From assembly GCF_963676685.1 (NCBI RefSeq), contig NC_092353.1, positions 1,612,001 to 1,676,000 of the forward strand: a stretch of DNA of 64,000 nt. The letters are read 5' to 3'. Shown here one piece after another: positions 25,001-37,579 of this stretch; positions within the stretch are counted from its first letter, which is position 1, and every line of letters begins with the position of its first letter. Source of the stretch: Mytilus edulis (taxonomy: Eukaryota). The notes beneath the pieces are model-generated. The model saw only the letters and a program-made list of their open reading frames with translations, searched no databases and had not been told where the DNA came from. The position numbers and the translations under genes are program-made.

Positions 25001-28000
25001 AGGCAGTACTTCGAATATGTTTTTGCGAAAAACGAAAAGGAATAAGTCACGGATTGAAAACTGTCTCCAAATTTGGATCTTTTCTCAAAACTTGGTGTTT
25101 CCTGTGGATAAAAGATTGTTTCAAAGACAAATTAAGGAAGTACTAAACACTACATTTATAATGTCATATCACAAATATTTCCAACTTTGTATATTTTAAG
25201 AGGAATTTCAGCTCAAAGAAATCCGTCTTTTCCTTTAGTAATATAGATATAGACTTGTGGGATAGATTATGCCAAGAAATGTTCATTATTATATCCTTTG
25301 TTTCACAGATATACCAGACCATTAGTAAACTTCCCCAGATTTCTGTAAAATTATCTCTAGAAGGTTGGTGGGAGGGAGGAACAGGAGAACAGGAAAAACG
25401 GCCTATACATTCACCTTTACCAGGTAAGTTAATAATCTATAGAAGGTTGGTGGGAGGAAGGAACAGGAGAAACGACCTATACCTTCACCTTTACCAGGTA
25501 AGTTAATTATCTATAGAAGGTTGGTGGGAGGGAGGAACAGGAGAAACGACCTATACATTCACCTTTACCAGGTAAGTTAATTATCTATAGAAGGTTGGTG
25601 GGAGGAAGGAATAGGAGAACAGGAGAAACGACCTATACATTCACCTTTACCAGGTAAGTTAATTATCTAAAGAAGGTTGGTAGGAGGGAGGAACAGGAGA
25701 AACGACCTATACCTTCACCTTTACCAGGTAAGTTAATTATCTCTTAGAAGGTTGGTGGGAGGGAGGAACAGGAGAACAGGAGAAACGGCCTATACATTCA
25801 CCTTTACCAGGTAAGTTAATTATCTATAAAAGGTTGGTAGGAGGGAGGAACAGGAGAAACGACCTATACCTTCACCTTTACCAGGTAAGTTAATTATCTC
25901 TTAGAAGGTTGGTGGGAGGGAGGAACAGGAGAACAGGAGAAGCGACCTATACATTCACCTTTACCAGGTAAGTTAATTATCTATAGAAGGTTAGTGGGAG
26001 GGAGGAACAGGAGAACAGGAGAAACGACCTATACATTCACCTTTACCAGGTAAGTTAATTATCTATAGAAGGTTGGTGGGAGGGAGGAACAGGAGAAACG
26101 ACCTATACATTCACCTTTACCAGGTAAGTTAATTATCTAAAGAAGGTTGGTAGGAGGGAGGAACAGGAGAAACGACCTATACCTTCACCTTTACCAGGTA
26201 AGTTAATTATCTCTTAGAAGGTTGGTGGGAGGGAGGAACAGGAGAACAGGAGAAGCGACCTATACATTCACCTTTACCAGGTAAGTTAATTATCTATAGA
26301 AGGTTAGTGGGAGGGAGGAACAGGAGAACAGGAGAAACGACCTATACATTCACCTTTACTAGGTAAGTTAATTATCTAAAGAAGGTTGGTAGGAGGGAGG
26401 AACAGGAGAAACGACCTATACCTTCACCTTTACCAGGTAAGTTAATTATCTCTTAGAAGGTTGGTGGGAGGGAGGAACAGGAGAACAGGAGAAACGGCCT
26501 ATACATTCACCTTTACCAGGTAAGTTAATTATCTATAGAAGGTTGGTGGGAGGGAGGAACAGGAGAACAGGAGAAACGGCCTATACATTCACCTTTACCA
26601 GGTAAGTTAATTATCTATAGAAGGTTGGTGGGAGGGAGGAACAGGAGAACAGGAGAAACGACTTATACATTCACCTTTACCAGGTAAGTTAATTATCTAT
26701 AGAAGGTTGGTGGGAGGGAGGAACAGGAGAACAGGAGAAACGGCCTATACATTCACCTTTACCAGGTAAGTTAATTATCTATAGAAGGTTGGTGGGAGGG
26801 AGGAACAGGAGAACAGGAGAAACGACTTATACATTCACCTTTACCAGGTAAGTTAATTATCTATAGAAGGTTGGTGGGAGGGAGGAACAGGAGAACAGGA
26901 GAAGCGACCTATACATTCACCTTTACCAGGTAAGTTAATTATCTATAGAAGGTTGGTGGGAGGAAGGAATAGGAGAACAGGAGAAACGACCTATACATTC
27001 ACCTTTACCAGGTAAGTTAATTATCTATAGAAGGTTGGTGGGAGGGAGGAACAGGAGAACAGGAGAAGCGACCTATACATTCACCTTTACCAGGTAAGTT
27101 AATTATCTATAGAAGGTTGGAAGGAGGAAGGAATAGGAGAACAGGAGAAACGACCTATACATTCACCTTTACCAGGTAAGTTAATTATCTATAGAAGGTT
27201 GGTGGGAGGGAGGAACAGGAGAACAGGAGAAACGGCCTATACATTCACCTTTACCAGGTAAGTTAATTATCTATAGAAGGTTGGTGGGAGGGAGGAACAG
27301 GAGAACAGGAGAAACGGCCTATACATTCACCTTTACCAGGTAAGTTAATTATCTATAGAAGGTTGGTGGGAGGGAGGAACAGGAGAACAGGAGAAACGAC
27401 CTATACATTCACCTTTACCAGGTAAGTTAATTATCTATAGAAGGTTGGTGGGAGGGAGGAACAGGAGAACAGGAGAAACGGCCTATACATTCACCTTTAC
27501 CAGGTAAGTTAATTATCTATAGAAGGTTGGTGGGAGGGAGGAACAGGAGAACAGGAGAAACGGCCTATACATTCACCTTTACCAGGTAAGTTAATTATCT
27601 ATAGAAGGTTGGTGGGAGGGAGGAACAGGAGAAACGGCCTATACATTCACCTTTACCAGGTAAGTTAATTATCTATAGAAGGTTGGTGGGAGGGAGGAAC
27701 AGGAGAACAGGAGAAGCGACCTATACATTCACCTTTACCAGGTAAGTTAATTATCTATAGAAGGTTAGTGGGAGGGAGGAACAGGAGAACAGGAAAAGCG
27801 ACCTATACATTCACCTTTACCAGGTAAGTTAATTATCTATAGAAGGTTGGTGGGAGGGAGGAACAGGAGAAGCGACCTATACATTCACCTTTACCAGGTA
27901 AGTTAATTATCTATAGAAGGTTGGTGGGAGGGAGGAACAGGAGAAACGACCTATACCTTCACCTTTACCAGGTAAGTTAATTATCTATAGAAGGTTGGTG

Positions 28001-31000
28001 GGAGGGAGGAACAGGAGAACAGGAGAAACGACTTATACATTCACCTTTACCAGGTAAGTTAATTATCTATAGAAGGTTGGTGGGAGGGAGGAACAGGAGA
28101 ACAGGAGAAACGACCTATACATTCACCTTTACCAGGTAAGTTAATTATCTATAGAAGGTTGGTGGGAGGAAGGAATAGGAGAACAGGAGAAACGACCTAT
28201 ACATTCACCTTTACCAGGTAAGTTAATTATCTATAGAAGGTTGGTGGGAGGGAGGAACAGGAGAACAGGAGAAACGGCCTATACATTCACCTTTACCAGG
28301 TAAGTTAATTATCTATAGAAGGTTGGTGGGAGGAAGGAATAGGAGAACAGGAGAAACGACCTATACATTCACCTTTACCAGGTAAGTTAATTATCTATAG
28401 AAGGTTGGTGGGAGGGAGGAACAGGAGAAACGGCCTATACATTCACCTTAACCAGGTAAGTTAATTATCTATAGAAGGTTGGTGGGAGGAAGGAATAGGA
28501 GAACAGGAGAAGCGACCTATACATTCACCTTTACCAGGTAAGTTAATTATCTATAGAAGGTTGGTGGGAGGGAGGAACAGGAGAACAGGAGAAACGGCCT
28601 ATACATTCACCTTTACCAGGTAAGTTAATTATCTATAGAAGGTTAGTGGGAGGGAGGAACAGGAGAACAGGAGAAACGGCCTATACATTCACCTTTACCA
28701 GGTAAGTTAATTATCTATAGAAGGTTGGTGGGAGGGAGGAACAGGAGAACAGGAGAAGCGACCTATACCTTCACCTTTACCAGGTAAGTTAATTATCTAT
28801 AGAAGGTTGGAAGGAGGAAGGAACAGGAGAACAGGAGAAACGGCCTATACATTCACCTTTACCAGGTAAGTTAATTATCTATAGAAGGTTGGTGGGAGGG
28901 AGGAACAGGAGAACAGGAGAAGCGACCTATACATTCACCTTTACCAGGTAAGTTAATTATCTATAGAAGGTTGGTGGGAGGGAGGAACAGGAGAACAGGA
29001 GAAGCGACCTATACATTCACCTTTACCAGGTAAGTTAATTATCTATAGAAGGTTGGTGGGAGGGAGGAACAGGAGAAACGGCCTATACATTCACCTTTAC
29101 CAGGTAAGTTAATTATCTATAGAAGGTTGGTGGGAGGGAGGAACAGGAGAACAGGAGAAACGACTTATACATTCACCTTTACCAGGTAAGTTAATTATCT
29201 ATAGAAGGTTGGTGGGAGGGAGGAATAGGAGAAACGGCCTATACATTCACCTTTACCAGGTAAGTTAATTATCTATAGAAGGTTGGTGGGAGGGAGGAAC
29301 AGGAGAACAGGAGAAATGACTTATACATTCACCTTTACCAGGTAAGTTAATTATCTATAAAAGGTTGGTAGGAGGGAGGAACAGGAGAACAGGAGAAACG
29401 ACTTATACATTCACCTTTACCAGGTAAGTTAATTATCTATAGAAGGTTGGTGGGAGGGAGGAACAGGAGAACAGGAGAAATGACTTATACATTCACCTTT
29501 ACCAGGTAAGTTAATTATCTATAGAAGGTTGGTAGGAGGGAGGAACAGGAGAACAGGAGAAACGGCCTATACATTCACCTTTACCAGGTAAGTTAATTAT
29601 CTCTTAGAAGGTTAGTGGGAGGGAGGAACAGGAGAACAGGAGAAACGGCCTATACATTCACCTTTACCAGGTAAGTTAATTATCTATAGAAGGTTGGTGG
29701 GAGGGAGGAACAGGAGAAACGACCTATACCTTCACCTTTACCAGGTAAGTTAATTATCTATAGAAGGTTGGTAGGAGGGAGGAACAGGAGAAACGACCTA
29801 TACCTTCACCTTTACCAGGTAAGTTAATTATCTAAAGAAGGTTGGTAGGAGGGAGGAACAGGAGAAACGACCTATACCTTCACCTTTACCAGGTAAGTTA
29901 ATTATCTATAGAAGGTTGGTAGGAGGGAGGAACAGGAGAAACGACCTATACCTTCACCTTTACCAGGTAAGTTAATTATCTATAGAAGGTTGGTGGGAGG
30001 GAGGAACAGGAGAACAGGAGAAGCGACCTATACATTCACCTTTACCAGGTAAGTTAATTATCTATAGAAGGTTGGTGGGAGGGAGGAACAGGAGAACAGG
30101 AGAAACGGCCTATACATTCACCTTTACCAGGTAAGTTAATTATCTATAGAAGGTTGGTGGGAGGGAGGAACAGGAGAACAGGAGAAACGGCCTATACATT
30201 CACCTTTACCAGGTAAGTTAATTATCTAAAGAAGGTTGGTAGGAGGGAGGAACAGGAGAAACGACCTATACCTTCACCTTTACCAGGTAAGTTAATTATC
30301 TATAGAAGGTTGGTAGGAGGGAGGAACAGGAGAAACGACCTATACCTTCACCTTTACCAGGTAAGTTAATTATCTATAGAAGGTTGGTAGGAGGGAGGAA
30401 CAGGAGAACAGGAGAAACGGCCTATACATTCACCTTTACCAGGTAAGTTAATTATCTATAGAAGGTTGGTGGGAGGGAGGAACAGGAGAACAGGAGAAAC
30501 GGCCTATACATTCACCTTTACCAGGTAAGTTAATTATCTATAGAAGGTTGGTGGGAGGGAGGAACAGGAGAACAGGAGAAGCGACCTATACATTCACCTT
30601 TACCAGGTAAGTTAATTATCTATAGAAGGTTGGTGGGAGGGAGGAACAGGAGAACAGGAGAAACGGCCTATACATTCACCTTTACCAGGTAAGTTAATTA
30701 TCTATAGAAGGTTGGTGGGAGGAAGGAATAGGAGAACAGGAGAAACGGCCTATACATTCACCTTTACCAGGTAAGTTAATTATCTATAGAAGGTTGGTGG
30801 GAGGGAGGAACAGGAGAACAGGAGAAACGGCCTATACATTCACCTTTACCAGGTAAGTTAATTATCTATAGAAGGTTGGTGGGAGGAAGGAATAGGAGAA
30901 CAGGAGAAGCGACCTATACATTCACCTTTACCAGGTAAGTTAATTATCTATAGAAGGTTGGTGGGAGGGAGGAACAGGAGAAACGGCCTATACATTCACC

Positions 31001-33606
31001 TTAACCAGGTAAGTTAATTATCTATAGAAGGTTGGTGGGAGGGAGGAACAGGAGAACAGGAGAAGCGACCTATACATTCACCTTTACCAGGTAAGTTAAT
31101 TATCTATAGAAGGTTGGTGGGAGGGAGGAACAGGAGAACAGGAGAAACGGCCTATACCTTCACCTTTACCAGGTAAGTTAATTATCTATAGAAGGTTGGT
31201 GGGAGGAAGGAATAGGAGAACAGGAGAAGCGACCTATACATTCACCTTTACCAGGTAAGTTAATTATCTATAGAAGGTTAGTGGGAGGGAGGAACAGGAG
31301 AACAGGAGAAACGACTTATACATTCACCTTTACCAGGTAAGTTAATTATCTATAGAAGGTTGGTGGGAGGGAGGAACAGGAGAACAGGAGGAGCGACCTA
31401 TACATTCACCTTTACCAGGTAAGTTAATTATCTATAGAAGGTTGGTGGGAGGGAGGAACAGGAGAACAGGAGAAACGACTTATACATTCACCTTTACCAG
31501 GTAAGTTAATTATCTCTTAGAAGGTTGGTGGGAGGGAGGAACAGGAGAACAGGAGAAACGACTTATACATTCACCTTTACCAGGTAAGTTAATTATCTCT
31601 TAGAAGGTTGGTGGGAGGGAGGAACAGGAGAACAGGAGAAACGACTTATACATTCACCTTTACCAGGTAATAACAATTGTAACGCATTATAAAAACACAG
31701 TATTACCAGGAAATATAACTCTTTAGATAGGATTAGGGTAATTATAATGTGTTTTGATAGGTGGAGAAGATTTTGGGTTTAGTAAAGAAAGGCTTTTAGA
31801 ACTAATGGCCAGTGTGGCACCTAATACAAGTTCAAGGTCATATATCGTACACCTTTAATCATATAAATAAGCCTTTGACTGTTTTCTGCTCTTTGGTCAG
31901 GTAGTTGTATTTTTGACACATTCCCCATTTCCATTCTCAATTTTATGAAGTGCGGGAAAATAGGGTGGGTAAATTGATACATGTAAGTGATTCATGTTAT
32001 TGCTCTGATATTAGACAGCAACATATCAACATAATAAAACACAGAGAGACACACCAAGACAGCTAACCGTTGAGTCTTTATGAACTACAAGTGTCAAAAT
32101 CATTTGTCAGGCTTAAAATTGTCTAAAGTCTGACAAGTTTTTAGTGATTTGATTAGAGACTAAATTATCTACAAAAATGTAAAACATGCCAAAAGATTGA
32201 AACAATGATCATCATTAACAAGGCTTCCATTGCCAGTAGACATGACATTTAAGACTAGCTAATGGGAGTATTTAATCCACCGTTTTCACCTATTCCAATC
32301 AATTGAATGATAAGAAAAGTGATGTTTTTTTATACAGGTGCTAAAATACAGGATGATAATTGGATGGAGGTACATGCTGACCAAGAATATGTTCTGAGAG
32401 TTAATATGGACAGAATAAACAAAATAAAGGTAGAGTATGACAAAAATATTCACTCTTACTACCAGGTTGTATTAAGAAGGTGCGATTAGACCCTTTTTTG
32501 ACCAAAAAAAACAACATTATTACAAAATCTGTTAAGACATGAATATCCCTCCTGTATAAAGATTATTCATGGAGATTTTACAGTCAAGCATGCATGAATT
32601 AAAATTGTTTATAAATTATACTATAAATAACATTTTCAACACAGTGATTTTTTTCTTGACAACACAAAGAAAGGATATTTCAATGAAATCACTAACACAT
32701 TTATTGTATATTTTTTTAATCAACTTATAAAAAAATTAATGTAAATCTTATAATTAAAAGTTATTTGTTATAGTGAACAAAATGCCATAACAAGGTCCTA
32801 ATCTCAAATGATAACTTAGTTGCCTTTTGATGTTGCATTTATGTTGTCTCAAAATTCAGATAGAATTGTCTATCTTGGTCTGTAATGGGATTGTGATATT
32901 TATAAATGTTTAATCATTCACACATGTAAATATTAAAACTTTCTTCCAAATTTGCTGGGTACAATGAAGTGTTTCATTTTTAATTCCCAATGTAAAATGA
33001 ATGCTTTCTTTACTTCCAGTGCTCTCTAGCACTTTGATCTGTGTTTGGAGGTTTCTAGGTATACCCCACATTTGATCTGTGTTTGGAGGTTTCTGTCATA
33101 CTGAGGTATACCCCACATTTGATATGTGTTTGGAGGTTTCTGTCATACTGAGGTATACCCCACATTTCTTTTCTTCACATTAAAATCAGGGAAACAAATG
33201 AATTGTAATGAAATTCATTTTGAAGCAAAATCATTGATATATATAGCAAACATAATGTAACTCTAAGTATATGACATTTCAGAAGCATGACAGTAAAGCC
33301 TTTGCACCACGATTTCCAAAACCAAAAGACGAAGGATGGTTCCTATTAGTGGGTGACATAGAAAACAAAGAAGTTGTAGCATTAAAACGAGTGGGCTACA
33401 TCCGTGGTCGGTCCTCACAACAGATTGCTATAATCATGCCAGACATTGTAGGCCGTGTGATATACACTGTATATATGATGAGTGATTCCTATTTAGGACT
33501 AGACCAACAATATGACATATGTTTGGATGTGATACCTGCTAGTATAGAATCACAGGTCAACACAGAACTTGTCGGAGAACTAGATTTTGGTGACCTACAA
33601 TTGTAA
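19060..33606 (+). CDS. ASCC3: Activating signal cointegrator 1 complex subunit 3 (Ski2-like helicase), 3' portion (C-terminal Sec63 region); 5' exons lie outside the window
   Basis: Phase-compatible GT-AG exons: 19060-19171 (YYNLDDTDHDSINKFLSKLVERALYELECSYCIAVGE), 20192-20326 (DNRTIDPQTLGRISSYYYLNH...), 20801-20856 (NANEYDELPVRHNEDQLNS), 21408-21582 (ELAKKLP...HTKANLLLQAH...DTKSVLDQAIRILQ), 21771-21922 (AMLDVSADEGWL...), 22270-22423, 25309-25423, 32338-32429 (WMEVHADQEYVL) and 33283-33606 (PRFPKPKDEGWFL...MSDSYLGLDQQYDI, stop). The motifs match the C-terminus of vertebrate ASCC3. Confidence 0.96.
19099..19775 (+). repeat. Tandem array (~8.5 copies, 80-bp unit) of the 3' end of ASCC3 exon 19060-19171 plus its donor
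   Basis: Unit acaagttcttgtccaagttggtggagcgagctctgtatgagctggagtgctcctattgtattgcagtgggagaggtatgt; caagttggtg recurs at 19111 and 19191. Confidence 0.95.
22020..22212. repeat. 27-bp intronic minisatellite
   Basis: About 7 copies of aaacaagttgcacaatctcaaatataa. Confidence 0.85.
22655..24725 (+). mobile_element. Large HINE/Helentron-like element with two families of internal tandem repeats
   Basis: subTIR tttatacgaccgc / gcggttgtataaa, (GTC)n tract, four ~160-bp repeats followed by a second repeat family, and 3' hairpin gctgcgccctgcggagc. Confidence 0.82.
25345..31670 (+). repeat. Tandem array (~80 copies, 82/74-bp units) of the 3' end of an ASCC3 exon plus its 5' splice site
   Basis: Unit aattatctatagaaggttggtgggagggaggaacaggag(aacaggag)aaacggcctatacattcacctttaccaggtaagtt. 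The first copy is the real exon 25309-25423. Copy number is estimated from array length. Confidence 0.97.
33030..33166. repeat. ~47-bp tandem repeat x3
   Basis: Unit catttgatctgtgtttggaggtttctgtcatactgaggtatacccca. Confidence 0.85.
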
Positions 33607-33671
33607 CACACACTATTGATGGTCTAAGTTCTTGGTATAGAGATGATCTGGATTATGGCAGACATTTAAAC

Positions 33672-33677
33672 AATAAA
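33672..33677 (+). promoter_or_regulatory. Candidate ASCC3 polyadenylation signal AATAAA
   Basis: First AATAAA, about 65 nt after the ASCC3 stop codon and upstream of a transposon insertion. Confidence 0.5.
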
Positions 33678-33753
33678 TTTATTATGGAGCAGACTGTGGA
33701 AGATTGTTACTTTTATTTAATCTAGTCTCTTAGATTAAATGAGGTTGAATACA

Positions 33754-35108
33754 TTTTTATACGACCGCAAAAATTTTTGCAGTGGTATATTGGTATCACG
33801 TTGGCATCGCCGTCGTCATCAAGTTCAGCGTTGTCTGGAGACGGATGGTTTCCGGATAATTACTTTAGTAAAAGTTAATCAAAATCAATAAAATTTTAAC
33901 ACAATGTTAATAACCACAAAAGAAAGCTTGGGATTGATTTTGGGGGTTATGGTCCCTAAGGTTTATGAATAAGGGGCCCAAAAAAAGCATTTATCTAGTG
34001 TCAGTACAAACAGTTGTATATAAGTATTTCAATTGTTCTAAAATTGTACCACAATGTTTAATACCATAAGTAGAAGGTTGAAATATATTTTGTGGGTTAT
34101 TGGGCGAACAGTCTAGGAAAAAAGGCCAAAAACAAGCATTTTTGTAGTTTCAAGACAATAAATTGGAGTTATCTTTCTTTGTCCAGAATGGTTGTTGAAT
34201 CACCTAAAACCAATGCTTTATGAAATCTTCTTTGAAAATTGGAGTTATCTTTCTTTGTCCAGAATAGTAGTTAAATCAACTTAAATCAATGCTATATATA
34301 CAATATACAATGCAATATTCACTCTACTACCAACTGGTAAATTAAAGCAGTCTTTTATAACCATTTAGTGATTACAAGCACTTTGATTACCATTCTAGAG
34401 TTATGCCCCTTTACAATTGGAAATTGAAGAATTTTTTAGTTTCTGTTCTCTTAACTTAAGTTTGTCTGAACTAAATTTAATGAAATGTGTATATAATGCT
34501 TATTACCTCTTAATTAACTCAGTTTAAGTTCAATTTTTGGCAGCTTCACTTTTACAGTTCTTGATTTAAGTCCCTTTGTAACGTTATTTGCTAGCGGGGG
34601 CATCATCTGTGTCCCTTTGGACACATTCCCCATTTATTTTTTTAGAAGTTACTATTAATTATTATTAATATTAATTTTAACTATGACATTTTATATTTAA
34701 ATATTTTATGATGTATTTAAATGAGTAGTTATTGTTGCAAACTCCATTAGAAATTTGAATTGAGATCATTTTTGGAATAAGGGAAAGGGGGAGGTGAAAA
34801 AAAATTGGGGGGGGGTCAAATTTTCTCATTTCAGATTTCAGAAATTAAAAAGAAAATTTCTTCAAATTGTTTTTTTTGAGAGGATTAATATTTAACAGTA
34901 AAGTGAATTGCTCAAAAGCAAAAAAAAATAATTTAAGTTCATTAGACCACATTCATTCTGTGTCAGAAACCTATGCTGTGTCAAATATTTAATCACAATC
35001 CAAATTCAGAGCTGTATCCAGCTTGAATGTTGTGTCCATACTAGCCCCAACTGTTCAGGGTTAGACCTCTGCGGTCATATAAAGCTGCACCCTGTGGAGC
35101 ATCTGGTT
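33754..35108 (+). mobile_element. Second, more diverged member of the 22655 HINE family, just downstream of the ASCC3 stop
   Basis: Same termini (tttatacgaccgcaaaa ... gcggtcatataaagctgcaccctgtggagcatctggtt). Confidence 0.78.
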
Positions 35109-37579
35109 TGAGTTTTTATATTGATAATACTTTTTACTTAGTCACAAATATTGTTGTCATATATTAATTGGTGCATGTTTGTTTTATATCAATATCTGTT
35201 AAGAGTTGGATTATGATTTCTATTTTCTTTTAATTACAGCTAACTTGTGATTCATCACAGGATAATTTTCAAGTTCCATTCTCTTTTTTTGTTCAGAATT
35301 AACAGCTAAGGTTGAAAATTTATAGATGGTTGAACCCCTTTTTCTTGGCATATGCTTTGACCAAAGTTTTTACAATTAAATATGTCTTGATTGTTGACAA
35401 TTAAACAAACCAAAGTCATGACCCTCCCATACTTATCTTAAAAATTGGCTTGTACATTTGACAAAAAAACATTAGTTACTTAGAAGGTAAATTGATTACA
35501 CTGTATTTTTATAAGCATTTGCTTGTTTAGAATCACTTGAAGAGTATATGAAAAATGAATAAAAAGTGTTCAAAAATAGGTCCACTTTAATTTTTTTTGG
35601 ACCAAAAACTCAAGGTGAAAAATAGATCATGTTTAAAGTCAGAAGAAACGAGTGACCGGTGAAAAATAATGTTCTTCCAATTCTTGAACTAATGCATACA
35701 AACATCCTAAACTTCGTCTTCTGTGCTCGAATTTATCATTTTTTTCGTGTAAATTTCGTATAATTGTCAATTTTTTTTCTCAATCGGTCAATGTTGTTGT
35801 GAAAATATGGCAGGTAATTAAAGTTCGTGTTTTGAAGCTGAAGTTTAACGATTGTCACCTGTTTGTCAACAATTGACGAAAAATAAACAAAAAAGCATGG
35901 AAATTGAGCACGTGTTTAACATGTAAATTCAGATAATAGTTTATTTTAAGGACATCCATGCGTATTGTGGTCACCGGATTTTTACGAGATGGGTCACACT
36001 GAGGTCACCTTGCATACGGAAAATATGTCGGGGGAATAGCTTGCTGGAAGGAAGCTATTCAAATAAAGTAAACTTCTTCTAAATATGAATAAATTAAAGA
36101 ATTTTCTTCAGAAAAAAGTATATATACATAAGTTTTATAATGAAAACTATCCATTGAGTTATAAAAATCATATGCATTAATTTTTTTTGATTTGAGGTTT
36201 CTTATGACTTTAAGACAAATTGGTTTTAGTTGTATAAGATATACCATGCTTTTATTTGTATTGCAAATGTGTGTTGACATAATATCATGTTGTGATTGTT
36301 ATTAATATGTCGGTCGAGGAAAGTATAAGATTAACAGGAAGTAGAAAAAACAACACCTTCCTATCTCCATAGATTTGTTAAACGAATTAAAAGAGAGTAT
36401 ATTATAACATATTTGTTGGAATCCCAAGACTACCTCCTCATGTATGATTGATTGTAGCTATTTTATCACATGTTTGGATATTGACAACCTTATCTACCTA
36501 CCAAGGTAAATTATAAACAGAGTAAATCCAGCTATTATCAGAAAGTTATTCATACCTATAGAGCCTTCTATTTAAGTTTTATGAATTGAGGCAAAAAATA
36601 TAAAAAATAATTAAAAAAAAACAATATTTAACTAAATGTGATATGTGTATTGCTAAATTGATGGAGGTATTTTAACGCAAATTTACCCAAGCAAACATAT
36701 CATTGCCCATTTTATTGGTCAATGCACTATATAACTATACAGGTCTTTCTTAAAACATTATTTGTAGCTTTGTTTAGATACAAACTTTTCTTACAGTCAA
36801 CTAACTTACTCGGTAGAAATACTTGAATTTTTTTGCAGTTCCAGACCATTTGCAATTTGCATATTTTGACACAAAATGTAAAGCGACTTATCTTAGGATG
36901 TCTGCTGTCAATTACAGGTCTGACAGTGGAAACATTAGCATTCAGTCATTTCATCACTTTGTTTTACAGGATATTCAAAATGTTTTATTTCTAAACTTTA
37001 GTTAGTACTGCAATTGAACAGGAATAACAGAATTCTGTTGAAAGATTTGCTTGTGTTAATTCGGCTTTGATGGTGTCCACCATCCAAGCACTTCTAGTGT
37101 TCCTTAAGTCTAAACTATAGTGCTATACATGTTGTACTCTGCATCTGATAAAATGTAATTTAATTATATCCTGTATTTGACTTGTAAAAATCAAAGACAG
37201 AGTTAGTTACGCGTGGGAAGATTGATTTAACTGATTAAATATGGAAAATGTGAAAAAGTTTTAATTGAGATGTGAGAATGAATAAAAACAATGAAAAGGT
37301 GAACTTGTTTTATAGTCTGATCAATGAAAATTATGAGCCAGTTATTTATACATATCGAAACGAAAATGCCCACACAAAACATGCTTTACAAATTGTGTGT
37401 ATCCAAAGTACTTCTAGAATTAAATTCATCAGGAATGCTTCTGCTTAAAAACCAAAATATGAAAGCAAATAATGTATTAGTAACCAGGTCTTAAATAACC
37501 AACATGGACCTATGTTTGTTTAAAAAAAAAAGTAAAATCACGAAATTACTGAACTCTAAAGGAAACGGAAAGTCCCTAA

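Noticed and set aside
25345-31670. CRISPR-like array
   Set aside because: There are no unique spacers and no cas genes. The context is eukaryotic and the units are copies of an exon end.
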